DNA of 64,000 nucleotides from Octopus bimaculoides (taxonomy: Eukaryota): NCBI RefSeq assembly GCF_001194135.2, contig NC_068982.1, positions 50,019,174-50,083,173 of the forward strand, given 5' to 3'. The position numbers and the translations under genes are program-made. The notes under the pieces were generated by a model. It did no database searches, was not told the DNA's origin, and worked only from the letters and a program-made list of their open reading frames with translations. Below, one piece after another: positions 39,112 to 51,974 of this stretch; position 1 is the stretch's first letter; every line of letters starts with the position of its first letter.

Positions 39112-39662
39112 GTAAATATTATTTCTTATATTTAGTGATTGGTGTCAGTTTTAAATGTACACATGTTTAAAATCCAATGTGATCGTTGCTAAACTTTGTT
39201 TATATTTTACATTTAATGATCGGTATTTGTTTTAAATGTAAACACGTTTAAAATTTAATGAATCGCTGATAGACGTTATTTTTGTATTTTGATATGTATA
39301 ACTTCATACATATAGAGTGTAAAAGCCTTGCAAAGCTACTATTCGAATCACTAAATGTTCTGATTCGGATGTAATTCTTGACAGGAATGAGCTTTGTTTT
39401 AATAATGGGGCTGTTGATGTTTTTCTTATTTGTTATATATATCCACTGTTTTGAGTTACTTGCATATACACTGTCGGATTATCGAAGAAATTGCTTAAAC
39501 CGTCTGCAAAATTTATTCACCCTGATGCTAAATTTTGAAACCAAGCAGTTATTAAATGATTTGTAATTATGATAAAAATCGAATATATATATATGCATAC
39601 ACGTGTGTGTGTGACAAAAAAGCACATTCAGTATGAGTAGCCGTGGTTATATTTTTTACATC

Positions 39663-39830
39663 GTCGAGCAATATATTGATATTGTTGGTTATGGCCATAT
39701 AACTGCTCAGACACGGTGGCTTCCGGTTACCATTCCGGAGAGTCGTATATGTTGCCAAGTGGAAATGCCCGTATGAAACTGACAACATTCTGACCGGTTA
39801 AACGTCGTAACCAGTTATATATTGCTCGAC
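39663..39830. mobile_element. Putative MITE with 14-bp perfect TIRs
   Basis: GTCGAGCAATATAT (39663-39676) / ATATATTGCTCGAC (39817-39830). Confidence 0.5.
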
Positions 39831-39916
39831 TAATATATAAATAGGTACAGAACGTACTCTGGGGGGAATTCAAAAGTGTAACAATGTAAGTGTGTAAAAG
39901 TGATCCGCGAATTAAG

Positions 39917-40311
39917 GGTAATTTTTCAGATTAATACCCGCACGATTACCTAACCCTAACACCCTAAACCTAACCCTGACCCTAAAACCGTAACCCTAAT
40001 ACTAATCCTAACCCGGTACTACTAAAGCAGAGTGGTCCCGAACGCGCAGTCGCGCGTCCGCGCTAGCTAGTCGTGAGTGGTCGATCCTATCCCTATCACT
40101 AACCCTAACCCTAAACACATGTATTCATTTGCGCGCGCGCGCACTTTTTGTAGGATCGACCACACACGACTAGCTAGCGCGGGTGAGCGTTCGGGACCAC
40201 TCTGCTTTAGTAGTACCTCCTAACCCTAACCCCTTACCTTAACCCTGACCCTAAAACCCTAACCCTAATACCCTAGTGAAAATCATGCGGGTGTTAATCT
40301 GTAAAATTACC
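39917..40311. mobile_element. Nested inverted-repeat element with (CCCTAA)n arrays
   Basis: Three IR pairs (28/31, 31/31, 31/32 identity) with telomere-type repeats in the spacers. Confidence 0.65.
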
Positions 40312-40965
40312 GAATTACGTACTCCAAACTATCGTCGGAAGGACGTAGAAGATCATGTGTCAGCGTGCGGTAGAAATAAAACAAGATTTAATCGTGCGTT
40401 GCCATAATGTTATGAAATTGTAGAAAATTTTTTTAAAAACTGTAATTCATGATAGCCGAAACTGTTGGAATGCATTTTCTTTAAATTCTCTACTGGTCTG
40501 TACTATGGAAATCTGTGTAACTGGGACAAGCTATAATGATCATTATAAATAGTTCATACTATATGAGGCTTTGATTTTAGCATCAAGAAATACTGAAAAG
40601 TTTCATGTCACAGATAAACTTAAAGGAGAGACTATCACCAAGAGAAAGATAAGCACCACTTTCTACTAGTTAATGAACGGTAATTATATATATAGTGTAA
40701 ACAGAGCGGTTATAATAACCGACTAAGGGATAAAATATCCGTATGTATCTGTTACCTGTGTTATCCCCGGGCATTGGTGTGCAGGTAGCTAAAGGATAAA
40801 CAAGAGTTTATCAGAAAACAAATACAAATAATCAGAAAATGGAGAAAACCTCAGATTAACAAACACATCGATTGGACCACATTTATAGCTTATTTTTTTA
40901 TACAAAGCATGACATAACAAATAGGTGATGTAACAAATCTTACTGCCGTTACCACATCCATTGCT

Positions 40966-41076
40966 AAAACGCTGTCTGTAAGTAATTGCGAAAATAAGAT
41001 TCCTCATCTTCATAGGACATTCGAATATCTTATGAAGATAAATTTTATTTTCGCAATTACTTATAGACAGCGTTTT
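40966..41076. repeat. 111-nt hairpin
   Basis: 32-bp arms at 40966-40997 / 41045-41076 (one G.U pair) plus an inner 9-bp stem at 41006-41014 / 41031-41039. Confidence 0.85.
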
Positions 41077-41089
41077 GGTAGCCGACAAA

Positions 41090-42290
41090 ACACAAACCCC
41101 TTCAGGTAGATGGCCCTGCTAGATCTGTAGAAAAGGCATAGGTAGAAACTCTATAAGATGTACCCAGTGTAAGCTATGGACACATAAGANNNNNNNNNNG
41201 TAGAAACTCTATAAGATGTACCCAGTGTAAGCTATGGACACATAAGAGGTGCAGCAACATCAAAGGAAGATTAACTGGGAAGATAGCTTTCGTGTGCAGC
41301 AGATGCTCAGCGACAATAAACACCAACAATGCACAGTAAACAGATTCCATGAAATGCCTGGAGGAAAATCTAGAAGTAGTTGATAGCTTCCGCTACCTAG
41401 GCGACCAAGTCTGTAGTGGGGGTGGATGCTCTGAGAGCATAGCTGCTAGAATAAGAATAGCCTGGGCAAAGTTCAGAGAGCTCTTACCTCTGCTGGCAAC
41501 TAAGGGCCTCTCGCTCAGGGGAAAAGGTAGACTGTATGATACATGTGTACGAACTGCCATGCTACTTGACAGTGAAACATGGGCCATGACTGCTGAGGAT
41601 ATGCTTACTATTGAAAGAAATTAAGCTAGTATGATCCACTGGATGTCTAATGTCAGACAGAGTGTAAGCACCCTGAGAGAAAAGTTAGACATAAGAAGCA
41701 TCAAATGTGGTGTGCAAGAGAGACGACTGTACTGGCATGGTCATGTGTTATGTGTGGATGAGGATAGTTGTGTGAGGAAGTGCCACACCCCAACAGTGGA
41801 AGAGGTAGATCCAGGAAGACATGGGATGAGGTGGTGAAGCATGACCTTCGAGCATTGGACCTTACAGAGGCAATGACAAGAGACCGAGACCTTTGGATAT
41901 ATACTGTGATTGAGAAGATCCAGCATGGCCGATGCCAGTGTTGCATGACCAGCCCATTCAAAGGTACACTAGAAGCATCAGGCGATATGATATGCTTGAG
42001 AAGACCCGTTGAGTCAAGTAAAATCGAAATCGTAACCATGGCCAGTGTCACCTGACTGGCTTCCATGCCGGTGGCACAAAAAATGCACCATCTGAATGTG
42101 GTCAATGCTAGTGCCCCCTGATTAGCACCCACTACACTCTCGGAGTGATTGGCGTTAGGAACGGCATCCAGTTGTAGAAATATTGGCAGATCAGATTGGA
42201 GCTTGGTGCAACCCACTGGCTTGCCAGGCCTCAATCAAACCATCCAACCCATGCCAGCATTGAAAGCAGATGTTAAACGATGAGGAGGAG
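41090..42290 (+). mobile_element. RTE-clade LINE, 5'-truncated 3' portion (RT C-terminus with embedded PHD finger, 3' UTR, (GAT/GAG)n tail)
   Basis: LEVVDSFRYLGD, RIRIAWAKFRELLPLL, KGRLYDTCVRTAMLLDSETW and GRGRSRKTWDEVVKHDL, with stops and frameshifts. Continuous with the tandem-repeat 3' UTR found across the window. Confidence 0.92.
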
Positions 42291-44794
42291 GAGGAATTGA
42301 ACTCAATACTGCAAGTCAACAAAACACTCATCAAATCAACAGTGCTACTATTCTTCACAACAGTGAACTATGATATCTGGTACATTCCCAAGGATTAAGT
42401 GGAATCAATCAATGAGAGTTAAATAGTTTACTCAAAGCCATAACATAGTACAAGTGAGAGAAGACAAACTTCCAAGCCTTTTTGCTGTTGGAATATTACT
42501 GTCAACTTGGACATTGAAAAGACAAATTTTAAGTTTTCTTGAAATCCATCATTACCATTACATTTTGTTGGTAAATCTAAGAAATAAATTCAGGGATTCT
42601 GAGACAAAAAGTTTTGATAGTCTTTTTTTTTTTTTTTTTTTGCCTGTTAGAATAGTAGTTACTGTTCATTTTGTATTGTGGGTTAATATTTTGTTGAGGA
42701 AAGTGTGGGCAAAGTTTCAGTTCCAATATGATGCAGTTCTAGACCAGGAGTGTATGGATAAAAGGGCTGATATTTGCCTACAAAGTGAAGCAATGCAAGT
42801 ACTGTCATAACTGTATTTAAATAGGAATGATGTTGAAGAAGCACATATAAAAAAAAGAAAAAGACTCCTGGTATATTATAAACTTATAATTAGTAAGATA
42901 TTCACTTGTTGGTGAGTGTTTGAGTGTGATTTGTTCATGATTCTGAATACTTTAGGGAGGGAATAATGTTAAGCTTTTTACTGTAATCTACTACTGCGAT
43001 TTATTTTTGTCTGTTTGATTTTAGCTACACATTTCATTAATGGTTAATATTTTGATGCTTCAGGTTTTTATTAGAGTTTGTTTGTGTACTTTCTATTGTG
43101 TTGGCACACCATTCTGGAGCTAGAAAGAACATTGATAATCTCTTCAACCATATACTTTTCCTTTTTCTATTGAAACTCAACTATTTTAAATAACACATTC
43201 TCCTTGTATATTGTAAAACTGGTTCATTTCAATACTGAAGAAGCATCAGTAGACTTTGACTCTAAAAGGTTAATGCAGCTGTTTTACATCTTGTGTTCGT
43301 GGAATTACTTTTCATGCAGTAATTGTTGTTTCTGCTGCTCACCTTTCTGTTATGAAGTTCGTGTGAAATTTGTCTTTTGTCAGAAGAAAGAAGAGTTATG
43401 TGCCTTGCACGGAACACAACACATTATAAGATTAATATATAGTTCATCTACTTTTAACTTTACAGCTGTTGTTCACAATTTTCATAAATGATTCTTGATA
43501 TTTCTTTGCTCTGCTCCATGTGTATATATCTATAAAATATTTACATTTTTCTAATCTTTCCTGATTTGTCTACATGAAATGTGTCGGATGTCACAAACCA
43601 AATTTATGGAAGTAGAAAGAGATGGATAATAAAGCTTTAAAATCAAGTATGGTGTCTACTGTAGAATGTTATAGATTCAGCAATTGAAAATTGAAATTAT
43701 AGCATTTGTAAAATTTTTCTTTCAATTTGTGAACTGTTTTTGTTATTGTTAAATAAATCTTTAGTATCACTTATTTTTGTCAAATATAATGAACTTTCAC
43801 TTAAAATCCCCATCAACAACAACAGTATAAACAGCTTACCATTTTTTGTGCATGGCTTTGCCAAGTTTGCATTTCCAGCCTTACAACCATCCTTCCTCTT
43901 CTTCCCCTCCATTTACTTTCTACCACCCAGCTTAACACCATTTACTTCACTTAAATCATCAATCAGTTGTAACTGACTGAATCAACACAGTTATCTCTCT
44001 TGTATCCACTAGTTACTACATTGCTCATTTATTTCCATTTGCTCTTCCAAAGAGTTTCTTCACATGGAAAGTAAGGCAAAATATTTTTTTTATGTATCAG
44101 TTCTTTAGAGAAGCAAAATGTGTTCAATAGCTTGAATAGTCATGTACTGGGCGCAAGCATGGCTCTGTAGTTAAGAAGTTTACTTTACATCTACATGGTT
44201 TTAGATTCAGTCCATGCCTATGAACATACATTCTTTTGTCAATCCTTCAGGTTTGATCAAAGTTTTACCAGTGAAATTTGGTTGTCATAAACTGTGATGG
44301 ACGAAGCCCATCAAGAAAGTTGTTCTTGTTCTTGGTTGCAGTTTTAAACTGAGATTTTTTAGCTTAGTCTACTATGTTGCAAACGTTTAGCTTAGAGTCC
44401 TAGTCGGAGAATAACTTCTTTTCTTCCCACCGGTTTTGGAAGACCTGGAAAGGCCCATGGTGCTGCACTTTCTTCCTCTTACAAAGCAAAATAATCATAA
44501 TAACTGCCTGAAGTCATTCCTAATGCTTATTTTGAAATTTGGTGCTTGTTCTGTTTGGTCTCCATTTGCTCAACTGCTAAATTATCAAAGATGTAAACAA
44601 AACAACACCAGTTATGAAATGGTGAAACCCACACGTTTGTGTTTGCATGTGTGTGTCATCGTCATCATTTATCGTCCATTGCCCATGCTTGCATGGGGTG
44701 GACAGTTTGAGCAGGGCTGGCAAGCTGGAAGGCTGCACCAGACTCCAATCTGATTTGGCAAGGTGTCTATGGTTGTGTGCCCTTCCTAAGGCTA

Positions 44795-44849
<55 letters not shown>

Positions 44850-45496
44850 TACATATATCTGAGTACTTCACAGACATGTGTACCCTTAACATAATTCTCA
44901 GGGAGATTCAACATGGTTCTGTATGTGACAAAGTTGGCACATTGAAATACAAGTACTGCTCATTTTTGCCAGCTGAGCAGAGTCTGTGGAGTTCTCAGCC
45001 ACTTGCACAATTATTTCACAAGCAGGCTATTCCATTGATTGGATCATTTGGAACCCTCATCATCATAACTTATGGAGTGTCAGTAAGTAATATAAATATA
45101 TATATATACATACAAGGAAAATAAGACATTACATTCACAAGGCATTGGTTGGCCCAGGTGCCATGCAGTGGGACTGAACTGAAAACCATGTGGTTGCAAA
45201 GTGAACTTCTTAATCACAGTCACACTTGCACTTGTAGAAATTTGAGCAAGACATGCCCACAGTAGTTAACTCTTTGGCACTCTGAATACTTTGTCAAATG
45301 TAATGCTTATTCATTCACATTGATTTGAATTGATCATGCAGAAGTGGCTGTGTGGTAAGTAGCTTGCTTACCAACCACATGGTTCCGGTTTCAGTCCCAC
45401 TGCGTGGCACCTTGGGCAAGTGTTTTCTACAATAACCTTGCGCTGACCAAAGCCTTATGAGTAGGTTTGGTAGACGGAAACTGAAAGAAGCCCATC

Positions 45497-45538
<42 letters not shown>

Positions 45539-46487
45539 CCGTGTTTGCCCTCCTACCATTGCTTGACAACCGTTGTTGATGTGTTTACATCCCCATAACT
45601 TAGTAGTTCGGCAAAGAAGACCAATAGAATAAGTACTAGGCTTACAAAGAATAAGTCCTGGGGTCGATTTGTTAGGCTAAAGGTAATGTTCCAGCAGGCC
45701 ACAGTCAAGTGACTGAAACAAATTAAGGAATAAAAGAAACTTGTAGCTTCAAGATTTCTTAGATGTGATTGTTTAATTTTAGAATGACATTGTAAGATAG
45801 GTGTGAGAGGTTAGGTCTACCTGGTTCAAACATAAAACATGTAGAATATTTTGGTTTGATATGACCTCAACTTCAGTCAATTATCCAACTTTATGTCAGT
45901 CTCAGCGATTGTAATTAACCCTTTAGCATTCCAGATTACTTTGTCAAATATGAGGCTTATTTATGCATGGGATTTGGTTGACTAATCCCATTAGCATTCA
46001 GATTGCTCTGTCAAATGTAATGCTTATTTATGCACATAGTTTTGAATTAATCATGTTTTATCTCGTAGCTTTGAGATCTCAATTATGTGATTGTTTATTG
46101 TCAAAATGACATTGTAGAATAGGTGTGAGAAGCTGGATTTGGTTGGTTAAACCCTTTAGCATTCAGATTACTCTGTCAAATGTAATGCTTATTTATGCAC
46201 ATTGTCTTGAATTAATCATGCATTTTATCTTGTAGCCTTGATATTTCAGTGATGTGATTATTTATCTTTAAAATGATATTATAGGATAGATGTGAGAAAC
46301 TGGATAAAGCATTCTGAAAATAAAATAGAATATTTGGGCTGAATATGGCCAGTTTAAATGCTAAGTACTAATGATGCCATACAAGTGTCTGATTTGTTTG
46401 ATTTAAATTATTTATTTGAAGATGACTCAACTAATGAAGTGTATAAATATGTAATGTTAATATATAAACATGTAATCTTTTCCCCAG

Positions 46488-46652
46488 TGCTGAACAGTTG
46501 GTGCATCAATTCAAAACAGCTGACAAGACTATTCCAGTGAAAGGTGGCACCAAAGATTTCCAACCAGATGGATCATGGCTTCAAGGAAAGAAACTTGACA
46601 TGCTATATTCCACCAGAGAAACATTATTTGCTGAACAGAGGATAGATAGATT
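46488..46652 (+). CDS. TSEN54: TSEN54 exon 2 (AEQLVHQFKTADKTIPVKGGTKDFQPDGSWLQGKKLDMLYSTRETLFAEQRIDR-L)
   Basis: tttccccag| acceptor, TT|GTAAGT donor, 165 nt. Matches human GPKDFLPDGS...LAEQRVERL (recalled). Confidence 0.95.
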
Positions 46653-48353
46653 GTAAGTCATTTTCGTTTCTGCTTTGCTACAATTGAATAAGTTTTTAGC
46701 GTAGTAAACTTTAAGATTCCAGAGATCAGGATCAGAAATGAAACAACAATTCCTATTTGCAAAATAAAGATAAATATTGTCTGCTCAGTCGTAGTTGGTC
46801 AACACTGTAGGACGAACAAGGCTCTTGTTTACAAAGATCCTACAACTGGTGCCAAGCTGTATTGGCCTTTACCTTTCCCTTGGATAAGATTGATGGCATG
46901 GAGAGGGGAGGCTGGTATGCATGGGTGATGGCTGGTCTTCCATAAACAATCTTGTCCGGATTTGTTCCTAAGAGGGGAACTTTCTAGGTGCAATCCTATG
47001 GTCCTTCATGATCAAAAGGGTTCTTTACCCTTTTGCCTTCATTGAAAAACAGAAAAAGATGTTTTGCAGTAGAGAAGAAACATGACTACTTCAGGCAAAG
47101 AGGGAGAAAGGAGAGAAGATGGTGAAGATGAGACAGTGGTAGGTGGGAGGTTACATCCAAGACTCAAGGAAATGTATATAGTGAAATGGACCTGGGATTG
47201 GAGAGAGTTGGTGGGTGGATGGGTGGGTAAGTTTGAGAGATTGTGGAGAGAGAGAGAGAGATATGAAGGGTGGAAGGAATGCAGTGAGTGGGCATAGATA
47301 GAAGGAGGTAGGTATTTGGTGGATATGTTGTGAGGAAGAGATTCAACCAGGACAAAATGTATGCAAGGAGGTCCATGACGGAGATTGAGAGAAAGAGGGG
47401 AAGAGAATAGAATGGGTGGTAAATCCGATTGGGGGTAGAAGGAAGGTGTTGGAAGATTGGTAATGGGTTGTGTGGGGAGAGGTTTGTCAGGGAACAGATT
47501 GTGTGTGTGTGTGTTGGATTGTGGGCCATAGTCATAAAAAACAAGCCTTTATGGCCTCCCTTTTTACTTATTGGTCTTGTGAACACAGCAAATTGACGAT
47601 TGTTTCTATCCTTTGTCATGTGTGCGTGTGTGTGTGCATGCATGCGTTTGTGTGTGCATGTGCTTGTGTGTTTGTGTACCCTTGCCTTGACATCATGTAA
47701 TGGCTATGAATGAGCATCACCATCATACAAACAATGTTGTTTGTTTCCAATCCATGAAAAACATGTCTGAGAAAATATCACATTTCTTGGAAGCAGGTGA
47801 GGGTCAGTGACAGGAAGGGCATCCAGCTGTAGAAATCTGCCTCAACAAATTCCATCTAACCCATGCAAGCATGGAAAAGTGAACAGACGATGCCGCCTAT
47901 GCAACCAGTAATATACAGGAAATTAATTCAGTTGACTGTTCTTGAAAATTCTGGCTTTATGGCTATGGTTAGAAACTTTAATACAGAAACCATCTTCATT
48001 GGTTTCTGTATTAAATCCTTTAACCATCTTGCATGAATGTGCAAATTTCTATCTGGTCACTCACCATAGCTAGAAATGGCAACCATCTCTTCCTTAAACA
48101 ACTCTGAAACTTATTTAAAAAAGAAAGGGAACATCTGGTAATGTAGTCAGGTAAAAACTGTGAATGGAAAAAGGACAAGATAATAATTGTGAAATGCCTT
48201 TGACCAAAGATCTGCTCAATTAGGCTTCTTTCAGTCTACATATTCTAGTATTACATTATATTTATTTTGAAAGCATGTACTGTTGTTGTTGTTTTTTTTT
48301 CTCCTTTTGTATTGATATTAATAAAACTCCATTAATTTTTTTTCTCATTATAG

Positions 48354-48417
48354 GGGAAGTATTTTAATTGGAGAATTGAACAGAGAAAAGAATTTGGTGG
48401 AATATAAAAGTGATACT
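48354..48417 (+). CDS. TSEN54: TSEN54 exon 3 (GSILIGELNREKNLVEYKSDT)
   Basis: Polypyrimidine tract plus tag| acceptor, ACT|GTAAGT donor, 64 nt, phases 2 to 0 consistent. Aligns to human [21 protein letters not shown]. Confidence 0.92.
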
Positions 48418-49827
48418 GTAAGTATTACATTATTATTTATGCACTGTGCCATCAATCTTTCCATCCAACATCCCACTCTCCCAAATTTAGATACCACTTT
48501 TTATTTTTCTTAGTTGGTGTCATTTGCTTCAATTATTGTTCTGGTATGCCAAAAGTACTGAAGCTAGGAAAGTTGAAATTCTGGCCTTATTTAACTCCGG
48601 TTTTAATTCAAGGCTGGCTTTAGTATTATTGATTCAACACTCATATCATTTTCATATTTGTGATCAAATGTTGATTTCAAATTTTGGCACAAGGCCATCA
48701 ATTTCAGGGGTAATGATTCTCATCATCGTTGTTTAACATCTTTCTTCCATGCTGGCATGGGTTGGACAGTTTGACAGGAGCTGGCCAGGCAGAAGATTGC
48801 ACCATACTTCTGTGTCTGGCATGGCTTTTATGGCTGGATGCCCTTCATAACACCAACCACCCTGCAGAGTGGGCTGAGTGCTTTTTATATGGCACCAGCA
48901 CAGGCGAGGTCCATTTTGGCGTGGTTTTTACAGTTGGATGCCCTTCCAAATGCCAATCACTTGACAGTGTGGACTGGATGTTTTTAAGTGGTCCCTTCAC
49001 TGATCATCTGATACTTATTTTATTGACTCCGAAAGGATAAAAGGGAAAGTCAGTCTTGGCAGAACTTGAACATGGAACTTAAAGACGGATTTAATACTAC
49101 TAAGCATTTTGTTTGGCATGTTAACTATTCTGCCAGCTTGCTGCCTTGCTATTTGTGATTAAATATTATTGTCGATTATTATTAAATGAAAAGTAAATTG
49201 AATTCCTTCAATGATGTTTTCTATACGTGCAACCATATCCATTCTTTTGCTCATCTACTTTGAGAGTTTGCCTTGGCCCCCATCACTACCATCTGTATCT
49301 TTGTCTTCCCAATTATTACTATTCAGCCTTATAATGTAAGGTAGCCATATATCTCCTCTTTTTATAATATGGGATAGCATTGTATCTCCTGTACATCAAG
49401 ATGCTTTTTCTTGTACTTCTATCATAGTTTAGCCTTTCATCATCTGGCATAAAGCTACCTCTCCTTTCTTAATACTAGCCCCCTTTTAGTCATGTGAGCA
49501 TTTCTCTTTCCTGTTCTTTTCTGTTTTGCAATTTACTTTTGTGACCTCTCTACTGCAGAATGCATGAAAGAAAAATCACTTAGTATACACTGTAAAGTGG
49601 TTGGTTTTAAGAAGGGCATCCAATCAAAGAAACCATGCCAAAGCTGACACTGGAACTCAGCACAGCCCTGCAGCTTGCCAGATCCTGTCAAACCTTCCAA
49701 CCCCTGCCTGCACGGAAAATGAATGCTAAATGATGATCATGATGATGATTTAAATTAAATTTATGTGGAAATTAGCTATTTATGAGGTTAATATTCAAGT
49801 TTTGCTGGGTTTTTCTTGTGATTTCAG

Positions 49828-49911
49828 AGAAAATTCTGGTTTACAATGGGATTTGTTGATGAAAAGAGAAGATGGCTATACCCTGAAGAAGCTCTTTTTC
49901 TAATGGAAGCA
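49828..49911 (+). CDS. TSEN54: TSEN54 exon 4 (RKFWFTMGFVDEKRRWLYPEEALFLMEA)
   Basis: tttcag| acceptor, GCA|GTAAGT donor, 84 nt. Contains the Sen54 N-terminal signatures KFWxTMG and LxPEEALxL. Confidence 0.96.
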
Positions 49912-49984
49912 GTAAGTACATTTAAATACATCTGTAATAGAATTTATTTATTGCAGAATATTAGAGTTTAAGTCAATCTTACTT

Positions 49985-50190
49985 CTGACTTGCCTAAACC
50001 GTTTACTTCCTAAGAAGCATAAGCCATTGACAACTTTTCTCCAATCTTCTCCACTTCTCTCCAGTTGGGGCTCCACTTTCTTGCAGTTTCTTTTCAGATT
50101 TTGCTTCACCGTGTCATACATTTCCCTGAGGGAAGGTCTTCCTCTCCCAGGTCTTATTGCTTTTGAATAGGTCATCATTATCAACGCTTC
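49985..50190 (-). mobile_element. RTE-like LINE C-terminal fragment (second family)
   Basis: RPGRGRPSLREMY...LERSGEDWRKVVNGLCFLGS resembles the RTE end motif GRP...W..LV.GLC. Confidence 0.6.
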
Positions 50191-51974
50191 TGTGACTTTG
50201 CTTTTTATTAGGTAGGGGTGTTGGCTCACATAAAATGATACACTCGCGCCAGTGCCATGTCATACACACCCATACTAGTAGCTCATTAAAAGCACCCAGA
50301 TTACTCTGTGAAATGGTTGGCATTGAGAAGGGCATCCAGCTATAGAAACCATGCTAAAACAAGCAATTGGAGCTTGGCCAGCTACCAAACTGTCCAACAT
50401 AGAAAACGGACATCAAACGTTGATGATGATGAAGAGGTGGTCTTTATTAGTCTGGCCTCTATCCTTTGACCTGTCTAACCCTACCAAAAGCTTGCACTCA
50501 GTCCACTAGCATAGCTTTCAGGATCATCACAGCACATGAGCCACCATACTGCAACAAGAACAAAACCTTGTGGTGGAGCCTGGACAGATTTCCTACTGAC
50601 CTGCTGCTGTAAAACCGTCCAACCCATGCCAGCCTGAAAAATGGACGTTAAATGACGATGGTGAAGAGGTGGTCTTTATTAGTGTCGTTTCTATCCTTTG
50701 ACTTGTCCAGCATGGGAGGCCTTACAAGATGCTCGCATAGCTTTCAGGATCATTGCAGCACATGAGCCACCCTACTGCTACAAGAACAAAACCTTGTGGT
50801 GATAAGTTAACCTTACAAAGTATAGATTAATTTTTAAAAAAAAAAGGTATTTGTCCTTTATTATTGGCATACTCTCACTAGTGGCATAGATTTTCATCAA
50901 CTCCTAGAAAGGAGACAGAAGCATTACTCATGGAAATATTACATCAAAAATTATTTCTAACAGCTTTATTAATGATATCTTATTCGATGTTTAATCACTT
51001 AAACATCATATTACTCTTCTCATCTAATCAACTGTGAAATTTAAAATGTAGTTTTTTTGTTTAAAAAAAAAAAGAAAAGAAACTGCATATCTTGTACAGT
51101 ACATTTTATACATTACTTCACGTGGAAAAATGTAGTCCTAAGAAAACTTAGATGCATTCATTTGAAAAATATTAATCCATAATTTTTTCTTTCTCACTGG
51201 TACTTGCAGGAACAGCGAAGACAACCGAATTATTTCCAAAATTTTCTTATTTTGCCCAATTTACTCGTATTTCTGCCCTTGAAATGCAAGGGAAGCAACT
51301 CGTTTTTCTTAGATTGCTTCCCTTGTATTTGTTGTGTCGCTGCATTCGGCTTTCATTAAAACGGCTTAGATCAACATAATCTTTTATCGCAAGCATAGTT
51401 ATCTATAACTACATAATCTATTATGAGCTCTGATTTAATGGAAATTTGACTGCTATTTCTAGCAGGACCAATGACCACGAAGATGCTCTCTTATTGGCTT
51501 TTCTGTTTGTATCATGAAAACGTAATGTGAAGTGATAAGCAAAAATCACATGAGTTGGTATATCGAGAAAGCTTCTTTGATTAATCAGCTCCTTTGACTT
51601 CATTACAAATTAAATGTTTTGTGTAAATTTCTCTTGAGTTGTTAAGAACTTTATTACAAGTTCATTATAGCTGGTTTTAAGGAGGTAGTTCTTTGCAAAA
51701 TACTATCTCATTCATAACCTTGTTCTTTTGGTACACATTTGATATATCATTAAGCAGGATTTTTTTTTTTTACTGCCAATATCTCTAATGTGAAATGAAA
51801 GACTGATCTCTTTTCATTATATAGATGAAGGCAAAAAAAATAAGTCTCTTGCCTTGAGACACAAACAGAATTATACCTCTTCAGTTCTTTCTACATTACA
51901 AAACCATGATACTTCATACATTAATGGAATAACAGCAACAATCAATTCTTTAATCTCCCACTCTTCTGCTCAAA

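Noticed and set aside
39950-40275. (CCCTAA)n as a true telomere or fusion scar
   Set aside because: The arrays are short, degenerate, all in one orientation and embedded in inverted repeats, with no head-to-head TTAGGG/CCCTAA junction.
41142-41247. 48-bp direct repeat either side of a 10-N gap
   Set aside because: The copies are identical, and removing one restores the LINE reading frame. This is an unmerged contig overlap.
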